Assembly (NCBI GenBank): GCA_028711705.1
Contig: JAQTRS010000002.1
Span: forward strand, 73,617 to 137,616
From: Candidatus Moraniibacteriota bacterium
GTDB taxonomy: Bacteria > Patescibacteriota > Minisyncoccia > Moranbacterales > UBA1568
Length of the DNA stretch: 64,000 bases
Direction of reading: 5' to 3'
The notes below the pieces were generated by a model. That model was not told where the DNA came from and searched no databases. It worked only from the letters and a program-made list of their open reading frames with translations. Positions 29,272 through 38,737 of this stretch are shown here, piece by piece; position 1 is the stretch's first letter; every line of letters begins with the position of its first letter. A program made the translations under genes and the position numbers.

Positions 29272-29997
29272 TTACAATGCCAGATTGAAGAAGAAATACA
29301 GCACCAGAGTGATGACATGCATAATCGGCGCGGATATGGGTGAAAAAATCACTAAGAGAAGCAAAAGGAAGCCGAGCTGCTCAAAGAGAATGATGGTTTC
29401 GGTACGCAGCGAAAAAATCGAATACATGAGCTTCGATCCATCCAAGGGTGGGATCGGCAACAGATTAAACATGCCCAAAACCACGTTCCAGAAGATGATC
29501 ATGATCAGGAGGCCAAAGAAAATGCTGCCGCCCGATCCGGCCACCGCCTCGGCCAACTGCCCCCAACGGTCGGACCAATCCCCCACCCCGCTCAATACGC
29601 CCACGAACCTGTCCAACACATCGAATTTGATGGCCAATGCCACCGGCAAAATCTTGGCGATCATCGCCGCAATGAGAGCTATCAAAAAGTTGGAGGCAGG
29701 TCCGGCCAGCGCCACCCATGCCGGTCCCCATTTCTGATCCCGGAGATTATAAGGGTTGTAAGGCACCGGTTTTGCCCAGCCGAAAGCGAATCCGGTCGTG
29801 AACATCATTACCAGCGGCACGGCAATCGAGCCGATCGGGTCGATGTGATGCACGGGATTGAGATTGAGGCGCCCCGCATATTTGGCAGTAAGATCTCCTA
29901 ACCACAGCGCCATGACGCCATGAGATACCTCGTGTATGATGACCGAGTACAACAGAATGACGATATAGAATCCGGCGAGGACGATTTCTTGAGACAT
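29272..29997 (-). CDS. Site-2 protease (peptidase M50)
   Basis: HEVSH, AGPASN, NLLPIPPLDG. Confidence 0.93.
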   Translation of the reverse strand: MSQEIVLAGFYIVILLYSVIIHEVSHGVMALWLGDLTAKYAGRLNLNPVHHIDPIGSIAVPLVMMFTTGFAFGWAKPVPYNPYNLRDQKWGPAWVALAGPASNFLIALIAAMIAKILPVALAIKFDVLDRFVGVLSGVGDWSDRWGQLAEAVAGSGGSIFFGLLIMIIFWNVVLGMFNLLPIPPLDGSKLMYSIFSLRTETIILFEQLGFLLLLLVIFSPISAPIMHVITLVLYFFFNLAL

Positions 29998-30112
29998 ACT
30001 GAAAAAATTCAAAATTAACCCTTTTTCGGCACTGTTTATGCCCCTTCCCTTGCCAATCATGCAATGCTATGATAACCTGTATATACGAATTAATCAACTT
30101 AAGGAGAACGTT

Positions 30113-30304
30113 ATGAGTCGTGTGTGCCAAATGACCGGACGAAAAACACAATCAGGTAATGCTCGAAGCCATTCCAATACCGCTACCAAACGGACGTTTA
30201 AGATTAATCTTCAGACAAAACGAGTCACTTTGGACAATGGACAGAGAGTGAAAATGCGCCTCAGCACCAAGGCAATCAAGACGCTTGCCAAGGCAGCAAG
30301 ATAA
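30113..30304 (+). CDS. rpmB: 50S ribosomal protein L28
   Basis: MSRVCQMTG, GNARSHS, NLQ. Confidence 0.95.
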   Translation: MSRVCQMTGRKTQSGNARSHSNTATKRTFKINLQTKRVTLDNGQRVKMRLSTKAIKTLAKAAR

Positions 30305-30318
30305 GCAGTCTATCCTGA

Positions 30319-30379
30319 TTGGGAAACAAAAAACATCCTCACGCGTATATACGTATCGGGATGTTTTTTGTTTCCCCAA
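30319..30379 (+). terminator. Long hairpin terminator after rpmB
   Basis: GGGAAACAAAAAACATCC...GGATGTTTTTTGTTTCCC. Confidence 0.7.
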
Positions 30380-30414
30380 GGTACGCTATACTGTAATCAT
30401 CGAATATAAACCAT

Positions 30415-30876
30415 ATGATTATCCCCATGCTCAAAGAATTCAAAGAGTTCGCCGTCAAAGGCAATGTCGTCGACATGGCCGTCGGTATCATTATCGGTAC
30501 CGCTTTCGGTAAGATCGTCACATCCCTGGTGACCGACGTGGTGATGCCGCCTATCGGGCTCATCCTGAACAATGTGGATTTCTCCAATCTCTATTTCAAC
30601 CTTTCCGGCACCGACTATGCCACCCTTGCCGAAGCGCAGGCCGCCGGAGCACCCACCATCAACTACGGCCTTTTCCTCAACGCCTCCATCAACTTCATCA
30701 TCATTGCCTTCGTCGTCTTCCTGCTCATCAAACAGGTCAACCGCCTGCGCAAAACGGGCAAGGAGGCCGCCAAGACTATCAAGTGCCCATTCTGCACTTC
30801 CGCCATCTCGAAAAAAGCGATCCGCTGCCCGAATTGCACCTCGAAATTGGAAGTTCTTGCGCCGGTCAAAAAATAA
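30415..30876 (+). CDS. mscL: Large-conductance mechanosensitive channel with C-terminal CxxC-CxxC
   Basis: [23 protein letters not shown]; C-terminal CPFC...CPNC. Confidence 0.95.
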   Translation: MIIPMLKEFKEFAVKGNVVDMAVGIIIGTAFGKIVTSLVTDVVMPPIGLILNNVDFSNLYFNLSGTDYATLAEAQAAGAPTINYGLFLNASINFIIIAFVVFLLIKQVNRLRKTGKEAAKTIKCPFCTSAISKKAIRCPNCTSKLEVLAPVKK

Positions 30877-30893
30877 CCCTGGCCGCCGTGTCC

Positions 30894-32243
30894 CTACGAC
30901 TTCCCGGCATATATCCGAAAGTCTCGCCGCGTTTCCCGATGATCCGGATTTATGGACGGGACTTTTCCGAATACCGGGCGCGCTGTCTTGCTCGGGGTAT
31001 CATACGTACCTCCGATAGCTCTGGTGATGTTCAGATAGCTGCTCGTGTCCCACCCGCTGATACCATATTTTTCGGTCAGCGTGATAGCAATGCGTATCGC
31101 CTCCTCCGGAGAGCGCGTCCACTCAAGCAGCCTCTTTGCCCAGTATATCCTTGCCCAACCGAAAATCCTCCCGCTTAACGCGAATTCCCGCTGGATACTA
31201 TTCCACAGCTTGTCGTGCGTCTTGCACTGCTCCAGCATGCGTTTCGAATACGTATGTTCCCGCATATCGTCCCGATGCCTATCGAGCGTTTCCTGCGCCC
31301 ACTTCGGGAAACCGCGGACCGAACTGTAATACGGATTGAACTCGCAGAAATGATCGGCCAATTCCCGACGCGTGATGAGCGCCTCCAGGAACATCGCCTT
31401 GAAACGGGGGTCAATTTCCGAATGCATCACCGCCCACACCACCTTCTGTATGGAGAGCTGCCCGAAATGCAGATACGGCTGCAATCGCCACTGCCACTCC
31501 TCTCGCGCGCCACTCTGCACTTTTCCTGACTTATATTCGCGGATCCTCTGTTTCAAAAACTTCCGAAACGTTTTCTGCGCTTCTGTTTCACCGGACTTGA
31601 CCCACGACACCTCCGTCACCGAACAATCCAAAGGCAGCGTATCCACTATGTGTTTCCAATCGATCGCAGGAATTTTTCCACGAAATGAAATGGGGTGCTT
31701 TCGCACCACCGGAAAAGCGTTCAAAAACGAAGGGAGTGCCGAACGGAGCTTCACGCGGAAGCTTTCCGTGCTTTTTGCCTGCGCGGAAAAGAGCCTCCAG
31801 CACGGCACGATATTATGCGAGTCCACCTCGAAAATAGGCAAAGATACTTTCCTGGACACGTCCTTCAGCCAGCGCTTCTTGGTCTGGAACGGACTGAAGT
31901 CCACGAACAAGCTGCTCGCCTTCACGCGGCGCAAAAACGAAGGTATCGCCTCTTTCGGCTCTCCCGAGAGGAAGAAAAACGGGATATTCCTTTTTTTCAA
32001 ACCGCTTTCCACCTGCGATAAGCCCTTGAGCATGAACCCGTATTGCCGGAGCGTCCCCTTGAGAAAGTGCGGGACAAAACAAAAAAGCACCACTAAAGGT
32101 ACTTTCCGTTTGACGGCCTCTTTCTGGGCATAGAGCAATGCCCAGTTGTCTCGCACGCGCTGATCCCGGCTCATCCAATACACCACCGGACCGGACGAGA
32201 CATACTGCACGTCATTGATTTGTCGAGATCGGTCATTATCCAT
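30894..32243 (-). CDS. Class II CPD photolyase homolog with degenerate FAD-binding motifs
   Basis: YWMSRDQRVRDNWAL, VDSHNIVP, PYLHFGQ, YWAKRLLEW. Confidence 0.85.
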   Translation of the reverse strand: MDNDRSRQINDVQYVSSGPVVYWMSRDQRVRDNWALLYAQKEAVKRKVPLVVLFCFVPHFLKGTLRQYGFMLKGLSQVESGLKKRNIPFFFLSGEPKEAIPSFLRRVKASSLFVDFSPFQTKKRWLKDVSRKVSLPIFEVDSHNIVPCWRLFSAQAKSTESFRVKLRSALPSFLNAFPVVRKHPISFRGKIPAIDWKHIVDTLPLDCSVTEVSWVKSGETEAQKTFRKFLKQRIREYKSGKVQSGAREEWQWRLQPYLHFGQLSIQKVVWAVMHSEIDPRFKAMFLEALITRRELADHFCEFNPYYSSVRGFPKWAQETLDRHRDDMREHTYSKRMLEQCKTHDKLWNSIQREFALSGRIFGWARIYWAKRLLEWTRSPEEAIRIAITLTEKYGISGWDTSSYLNITRAIGGTYDTPSKTARPVFGKVPSINPDHRETRRDFRIYAGKS

Positions 32244-32287
32244 AGTGATGCACTTCTGGATTATACGTCCTCCCCCACCCGTTTCTT

Positions 32288-32893
32288 CTATTCGAAGATA
32301 CCGTCGAGGTTCACATCATACAGAACCTGCTCCTGAAGCAAACGGTATCCGATGATTTCCTGCTTATCGAACCACAACGCGATTTCGCGCTCCGCCTCCT
32401 CCGGACTGTCCGAGCAATGGATCAGGTTTCGCACGGCGCGGTTGTCGATGCTTGAAAGCGCATAGGAATCCACCGTCAGATCCCCACGGATGGTTCCGAC
32501 ATCGGAAGTGGTTGGTTCGGTTCCGCCCACCAGTTTCTTGACGATAGCCACCGACTGATTACCCTCAATCACCATGGCGAGCACAGGGCCCGCGGTGAAA
32601 AACTTCACATTCGAGAGGATGATATCTTTGCCATAGTCCATGACTTCCTTTTCGAGCGGCAATCCTTGAGCCTTTCGATCCTCGACGATACGCACGCCCT
32701 TGGCAAGGAACCACGCATCATCCTTGGCATAGTGCTTCCAGCACTGATCCTCGGTCGGTACGGTGAACTTGATGCCGACGAATTTCAGACCCGTGCGCTC
32801 AAGACGGCGCATAATCTCACCCATAAGCGATCGTTGGACGGCGTCCGGTTTCAATATTACGAGTGTTCGCTCCTTCTTTGGGTGTGCATGCAT
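32288..32893 (-). CDS. ndk: Nucleoside diphosphate kinase
   Basis: ERTLVILKPD, GTIRGD, NLIHCSDS. Confidence 0.95.
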   Translation of the reverse strand: MHAHPKKERTLVILKPDAVQRSLMGEIMRRLERTGLKFVGIKFTVPTEDQCWKHYAKDDAWFLAKGVRIVEDRKAQGLPLEKEVMDYGKDIILSNVKFFTAGPVLAMVIEGNQSVAIVKKLVGGTEPTTSDVGTIRGDLTVDSYALSSIDNRAVRNLIHCSDSPEEAEREIALWFDKQEIIGYRLLQEQVLYDVNLDGIFE

Positions 32894-33021
32894 AGTCTTC
32901 TCTTTAATGGTTGTTTACGTATACTACCTCAACGCTATCATAAATCACCAAAAAGTACAAACTTTTTTGGCTTTACAGAGTGTCAATACTCGCTGACACA
33001 CAGTTTTGAAGGTTTAATTCC

Positions 33022-34719
33022 CTACCCCAACTCCACAATAAAACTCGTGCCCTTGCCCTCGCCTTCAGACTCGATCCATATCTTGCCCTCATGGGCTTCG
33101 ACGATGTTTTTGGCGACATAAAGACCCAGGCCGGTGCCGTTGGCGTGCAGGCGGTCGATGTCTTTGCCGCGTGAAAACTTGGTGAAAAGGTAGGGGATTT
33201 CCGTTGCCGGGATGCCGATGCCCGAGTCTTTGACGGTGATGCGCATCTTATCGTTTTCCGGGTTCTGCTCCACCGTAACGATAACGCTTCCCTTCTTGGT
33301 GTATTTGATGGCGTTATCGATGAGATTGGAGAAAACCTCCTGCAGCTTCTGTTTGTCCACTCGGAGCAATGGCGAAGGTTTTTCGGGCAATTCGAGCCTA
33401 AGGGTCAGATTTTTCAATGCCGCCGTGAACGAGAAGGATTCATATAGCTCACCCAAGATATTCTCGACACGATAGTCTTCGAATTCATATTCCATGCGCC
33501 CCGCCTCCATACGGGAAACGTTGAGCAGGTTTTCGACAAGATTGACCAGGCGGTTATTGGAAGAGATGATGCGGCGGATCGCTTCTTCCATCGGCACCGT
33601 GACCGTACCATACGCGCCCTCGAGCATCAATGAACAATACCCTTTGATAGCGGTGAGCGGCGTGCGCAGCTGATGCGAGGCGATGGAGATGAACTCGGTC
33701 TTGGTATTGTCCATCTCACGGAGGCGGTCATTGGAAATCGCCAATCTGTCCGCCATCACCTGAAGCTCTTCCTTGTGCTCCTCGGATTGCTTATATGATC
33801 GGATGAGTATGACCCCTGCAATGACAACCAAGAAGAATGTGATCGCGGTCAAGATGAGATTCATGTGCGTCTTGACGAAGAAAAACTGGGACCCGATAAG
33901 GAGGATCAGCGTGACCACCAGCGCCTGCGTCGCGAAGGCCCTGATATTGAAGGCCTTGAACTGGACGATCAGATAGCCGAGGAAGGCCATGAATATCGGC
34001 ATACCGAAAAGACCATAGATGCCTATGGTGAAATTATCGATAAGGCTGGCGATGTAGCCGGTGATGAAGAACGATATCAGAAACAGCTCGATACCGGCAG
34101 AAAACAGAAGGATTTGCATGCGCTTGTGGTGCGAATGAGCCTTCCAATACCGGCTCACGGCCAAAACCGCAATCCATAGCAGGATGAAGGCGCCGTAGAG
34201 ATGATAATAGTTCGTGAGCCAAACACCCTCCACCGCTTCGCAGCTCAAACCATCAAAACCCGAGAGATTCCAGCGTGTCGAAGTGAGCACCATAACCGGA
34301 AGAACCGGCAGAAAAATGACAAGTTTCTTCTTCAGAGAAATATCTTTCCTATCGAAAAAAACGTAGGTGAAATACAGACCCAACGCGAAGATGAGCATGA
34401 ACAGAAACCCGAGCGGCGCCCAAGCGAACATAGTCAGACGCGTGTCATACACCGTCCACACGACAAGATCGAGCACGGACCAAAGCGAAAAGAGGACCGA
34501 CATGAGCAATAACAGCCTGCTACTGAATATTTTTCCGCTTTTATAAAAGATGAAGGAACTGACAAATAGAGCGATAAGCGCTGTTGGGATATGGGAATAA
34601 TATATGAGCTTTAGAAAATCAGCATTCTCCTGAATAATCCTGTAACAGAACTCATTATTCACAACGATATCAAAACTCATAGTTTTTGTTTTTAAACGAT
34701 ACTCCTCAATAAGAAACAC
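33022..34719 (-). CDS. Multi-pass membrane sensor histidine kinase (7TM-type sensor, HisKA, HATPase)
   Basis: SHQLRTPLT, NLIDNAIKY, DSGIG, GTGLGL; N-terminal TM helices; start may be the ATG at 34680. Confidence 0.93.
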   Translation of the reverse strand: MFLIEEYRLKTKTMSFDIVVNNEFCYRIIQENADFLKLIYYSHIPTALIALFVSSFIFYKSGKIFSSRLLLLMSVLFSLWSVLDLVVWTVYDTRLTMFAWAPLGFLFMLIFALGLYFTYVFFDRKDISLKKKLVIFLPVLPVMVLTSTRWNLSGFDGLSCEAVEGVWLTNYYHLYGAFILLWIAVLAVSRYWKAHSHHKRMQILLFSAGIELFLISFFITGYIASLIDNFTIGIYGLFGMPIFMAFLGYLIVQFKAFNIRAFATQALVVTLILLIGSQFFFVKTHMNLILTAITFFLVVIAGVILIRSYKQSEEHKEELQVMADRLAISNDRLREMDNTKTEFISIASHQLRTPLTAIKGYCSLMLEGAYGTVTVPMEEAIRRIISSNNRLVNLVENLLNVSRMEAGRMEYEFEDYRVENILGELYESFSFTAALKNLTLRLELPEKPSPLLRVDKQKLQEVFSNLIDNAIKYTKKGSVIVTVEQNPENDKMRITVKDSGIGIPATEIPYLFTKFSRGKDIDRLHANGTGLGLYVAKNIVEAHEGKIWIESEGEGKGTSFIVELG

Positions 34720-34721
34720 TC

Positions 34722-35642
34722 TTACCTTATAAATTCATTTGGAATCAATTGCTTCATGGATTCAGGATACCGCATCCATTCTTCACCAGCATCATCCATC
34801 ACGTTTACATTTTTCGAGTGAAACAGAGGTATTATCAAAGGCCTTACACCAAACAAAGTCTCCAGCTGATCCATGGCTGGTATAATAATGCTATCGACAA
34901 ACCCTCTTTCTTTTTTATTATACATCAAAAACACGTCTGCCAAAACGCCGTAACACAAAAACAATGCGAGATATTGGATATAATATTTCTTAGCAGTTCT
35001 TCCATGCTTCGAAAGCCAGTCTGAAAAATCACACACATTATCTTCGATAGGTGTGATTTCCTGGAGCATTCTATGATGAAACTCTATAAAAGACTCTCCC
35101 CATTTCGTCTGCATACTTTGAATACTATGTCCGTCACCACCATCTATCTCGTTAACTATTTTTACGCCATTGTCTTTATTATCAAAGAAAAGTTTACCTA
35201 AATAATATTTATCCGGATTCAAGGCTACGAATTTATCATTCAGATATTCACCAAATAAAGGTTGCAAATCTACCTGCTGTGCTACACGCAAAAAATGAAC
35301 GGACTCCTTGTTCGGACTCGCAATATTTCGTGCCAGCACGACACGAGGCGAATTTTTTAAACAATCAGGGATATCCCCTCCCAAAAACGCCTCGACTTTC
35401 GCTCGAAGTTCCTTGTCATTCCAACGCCTCCAGATTTCTTCCTTGGCCACCTCGATCGGCGTATACAGACGACTGATTTCGGGATCATCCAAGATACCTG
35501 TCGAAGCTTGCATTTGATCCACCTGTACCACAGATACCTGCAAAGGCTGCGTTTCGATTGTCATAGCAGTATCGCCCCCAGATACATTCTCGTCCACCCC
35601 CGAAGTCACATGCAATTCCCCCTTCAATAAGGCGCTTCCCAT
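34722..35642 (-). CDS. Unknown soluble protein adjacent to the histidine kinase
   Basis: 306-aa AT-rich ORF ending 2 nt before the kinase ORF. Confidence 0.75.
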   Translation of the reverse strand: MGSALLKGELHVTSGVDENVSGGDTAMTIETQPLQVSVVQVDQMQASTGILDDPEISRLYTPIEVAKEEIWRRWNDKELRAKVEAFLGGDIPDCLKNSPRVVLARNIASPNKESVHFLRVAQQVDLQPLFGEYLNDKFVALNPDKYYLGKLFFDNKDNGVKIVNEIDGGDGHSIQSMQTKWGESFIEFHHRMLQEITPIEDNVCDFSDWLSKHGRTAKKYYIQYLALFLCYGVLADVFLMYNKKERGFVDSIIIPAMDQLETLFGVRPLIIPLFHSKNVNVMDDAGEEWMRYPESMKQLIPNEFIR

Positions 35643-35896
35643 ACACGAAGTATACTATAAAATTATATGAATCATTCAATCATGCAACACACCAGTATAC
35701 ACTATTTAAGCCATTTGTCAATACACCATGTCATTATTAGTTGACAAAATACCCAATCTGTTTTCAAAAAAAATACACTACAAACGCTCTATAAAGCCAT
35801 TTATGAGAAACGAATTATTCAACGAACATTGACAAGTGACGCAAAAGATGGGCATCTGACGGTCTTGTCAATGAGCACCTTCCTATGGTCGGATTC

Positions 35897-36487
35897 CTAT
35901 AAAATGCGCAGGAAATACCGGATAACCACCACTAAGCCATAGCTGCGGAGGGTCCAGTAGAAATTAGATAGGACGCTGCTTGAGAGGAAAATCACCCAGT
36001 CCTTCTTTTTAAGCCCGTCGAATTTCCCGTGGCGCAGATAGATGGTCGTGACAAAGGGATCGGAAATGATGCTGAGCCCGACGAACGCGAGCGCGTCGCC
36101 CTTATTGAGCATCCATAAGGCGACACGAAAAAAGAGTACTGGGAAGTACATGAGTATTTTGACAAAGTAGCGCGGGAACATATTCTCATAGCCGTCCCCG
36201 CTGAATTTTTGGATCCAGGCATCGCCATTGTCCCGCACGGCACGGAGCGCGTCCATCCCCATCCAGTCCACCTTCTTGTATTCATAGACGATCAGGAAAA
36301 TAGCCGTGACCAGTATCGCGATAGCGGACATGACGATGCCGCCCACCACCACGCCCTGCCACGCGATCACTCCGGGATACGCGACATTGTCGAACACCCA
36401 GCTGGTGCCGCTCCAAAAACCGAAACCGGCCGTGACCTGCGCGATGCGTTTGAATTTTGCGGAACCAAAATAGGCCGATTCGCTCAT
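35897..36487 (-). CDS. Hypothetical membrane protein
   Basis: 196 aa with several hydrophobic helices. Confidence 0.7.
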   Translation of the reverse strand: MSESAYFGSAKFKRIAQVTAGFGFWSGTSWVFDNVAYPGVIAWQGVVVGGIVMSAIAILVTAIFLIVYEYKKVDWMGMDALRAVRDNGDAWIQKFSGDGYENMFPRYFVKILMYFPVLFFRVALWMLNKGDALAFVGLSIISDPFVTTIYLRHGKFDGLKKKDWVIFLSSSVLSNFYWTLRSYGLVVVIRYFLRIL

Positions 36488-36524
36488 GGGGTTTCAGAAA
36501 AATTCTTAGATGCTCACGCTCGTC

Positions 36525-37088
36525 CTAGTATAAAACGGGAGGTTCTGACGTTCCGGTCGGCACAGGGACAACCGATGTCGCTTCCTGACTTTGCTCTGCG
36601 GCAGGCGCCGGTTCGGATGACTCCCCTTGGGCAGGAATTTCTTCCTCGGAAACAGCCCCTTCGACCGATTCGTCTATCAGCACCTCTTCCTCCTCTTCGG
36701 GGACGATATCCGATTCATCGCTGCAACGCTCGCCCTGTGCCACCGTCGTTTCATCGCAATAGGTCACGCTGCACTTGCGCTCGCCTTCCTGACACACGAG
36801 CATCGCCTGGCAGGCATCGTCGTTTGGGTCGCAGTCGGGCATATTGCGCGCCTCCTTATGCAGGATGGCATAGTAGCTCGTATCTTCCGTCGGGTCTCCT
36901 GTGCACTCTTCCGCTTCCGGATCGCACTGCGCCACGAAACACGACTGCGTCTTCGGATCGCAAGCCACGCCCACCGACACATCGTAGGTAAGGGAATATA
37001 TGAAACGGTAATACGAAAATCCCGCCGAAAAAATGGCGATCAGCGCGAGCAGTACGAAAAACTTTTTTGATTGCTCATCCATCATCAT
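36525..37088 (-). CDS. Membrane-anchored Cys-rich acidic protein
   Basis: N-terminal TM, 10 Cys with repeated CDP motifs, acidic tail. Confidence 0.75.
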   Translation of the reverse strand: MMMDEQSKKFFVLLALIAIFSAGFSYYRFIYSLTYDVSVGVACDPKTQSCFVAQCDPEAEECTGDPTEDTSYYAILHKEARNMPDCDPNDDACQAMLVCQEGERKCSVTYCDETTVAQGERCSDESDIVPEEEEEVLIDESVEGAVSEEEIPAQGESSEPAPAAEQSQEATSVVPVPTGTSEPPVLY

Positions 37089-37116
37089 AGATCTGGAGTA
37101 AAGGATTATACTTCCG

Positions 37117-37920
37117 CTAAAACATCATCACATATTGCAATATAGGGAACATTTTAGGTAACAGCGCCACAATGATGACGCCCAGCACCAGAAACGGCGC
37201 GAACGGGACCTGGCTCTTCATCCCCTTTTTTCCGAGGGCGATCAGGGTCAATCCGCCCGCCGCACCCAGGCCGAACGAGAACGTCATCGCCCACAAAACC
37301 CCCGGCCAACCCGTGACCAAGCCGACCAGCAGCGCCAGATAGACATCGCCCATACCCATCCATGTCTCGTGCGACACCCATACCAAAAGCCAAAAGAAAA
37401 TGCCCGCCCCGACGCCGGCAAAGATATACGGCAGCGAAACCAACGGGATGCCATCCATACCCGATGACTGGCTATATGCGAGCCACTGCGACAGCGCAAG
37501 GTAGGCGGCCGTCCATGAAAGCGCTATCCAGATCATGATCATCGGGATATACATCGTCAGAAGGTCATGCACGAAGATGACCACCAGCATCGAAAAAAGC
37601 CCGAGATAGAATATGGTCGGAAGAAAACTCGTCGGATCCGTCGGGGAAAATATGAACTGCCCCACCAGAGCAAACAAAATCCCCGTCCAAAATTCCACCA
37701 ATGGGTACTGCCAGGATATCTCGTCCGTGCAATTGCGGCATTTCCCCCGCAGAATCAGGAAACTGAGGAGCGGCACATTGTCATACCAAGCGATCCGCTT
37801 CTCGCATTTCGTGCAGTGCGATCGCCCCAAAAGCGTTTCTTCCGTCTGCAGACGGCAAATCACCACATTCAAAAAGCTCCCGATGATAATCCCGAAAAGG
37901 AAAAAGAGGATGGTAATCAT
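37117..37920 (-). CDS. pilD: Prepilin peptidase (A24)
   Basis: GSFLNV, RSHCxxC, GKCRNC, MGMGD, PFAPFL. Confidence 0.93.
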   Translation of the reverse strand: MITILFFLFGIIIGSFLNVVICRLQTEETLLGRSHCTKCEKRIAWYDNVPLLSFLILRGKCRNCTDEISWQYPLVEFWTGILFALVGQFIFSPTDPTSFLPTIFYLGLFSMLVVIFVHDLLTMYIPMIMIWIALSWTAAYLALSQWLAYSQSSGMDGIPLVSLPYIFAGVGAGIFFWLLVWVSHETWMGMGDVYLALLVGLVTGWPGVLWAMTFSFGLGAAGGLTLIALGKKGMKSQVPFAPFLVLGVIIVALLPKMFPILQYVMMF

Positions 37921-37959
37921 ATGCTTAGAGTATATCTTCTTTCCAAACGGGCGTCAAAA

Positions 37960-38618
37960 TCAGACTGCTTTCAACACCTCGGGCACGTCATTCCTCGGAT
38001 TGTTTATCAGGGTCGATATTTTCCGAATCTTCATAGCCTTTGCCGGAAACGGGCGGAGGAGTTTTTTGGCATCATCCGTATCGACATCCGGATTCAGCCA
38101 CGCTTCCTCGCCTTGCTCGCTCAAAATAACGGGCATGCGGTCATGGATTTTCGAAACCAACGCGTTCGATGTGGTCGTGATGATAGAAAACGAGTTGATG
38201 TCTTTTCCCGACCTGTCGTGCCACGTATCGCAAATGCCTGCAAAAGCGAACAGTTCTTCATCCTTGAGGGTCACCCTATACGGAGTTTTTTCGGGCCTTT
38301 TGTATCCCATTCATAAAAACCGTCAGCCAAAACCAAACAACGATGCTTTTGAAGCAGACGTTTGAAGATAGGTTTTTCGGCCACCGTTTCCGACCTAGCA
38401 TTGATCAAGTGACTCCCGATTCTCGGATCCTTGGCCCACACGGGAACCAATCCCCAATGGTAGAAGCGCGCTTCATGGGGCGATTCCTGGGGTATGACCA
38501 GCATATCCTGACTCGGCGCAGCATTGTATCTTGGCGCATGCCGCCCCTTCGGGAGTTTGACATCGAATCTTTTTTCAAGATCCTCCCGAGAAGATATGAG
38601 TGAAAATCTTCCGCACAT
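37960..38618 (-). pseudogene. yedK: SOS response-associated peptidase (SRAP/YedK/HMCES), frameshifted
   Basis: MCGRF start at 38618, RYNAAPSQ, INARSET and FYEW in one frame; IHDRMPVIL in the other; break at the A6 run 38286-38291. Confidence 0.85.
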
Positions 38619-38737
38619 ACGGGTATCCTTACGATTACTCCAACACCCCCGCCGAACTGACAAAGGCCGTCCCATTCCTTTCTTCGTTATACTGAATCGC
38701 GCCTGCCGGTCTTTCAATGCGATGCGAGGAATCGCCC

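Noticed and set aside
30780-30876. MscL C-terminal zinc ribbon as a novelty
   Set aside because: To my knowledge CxxC-CxxC tails occur on many MscL homologs, so it is recorded only as a feature.
38280-38300. Programmed -1 ribosomal frameshift in the SRAP gene
   Set aside because: The in-frame heptamer G_AAA_AAA is not a canonical X_XXY_YYZ site and no clear stimulatory structure follows.
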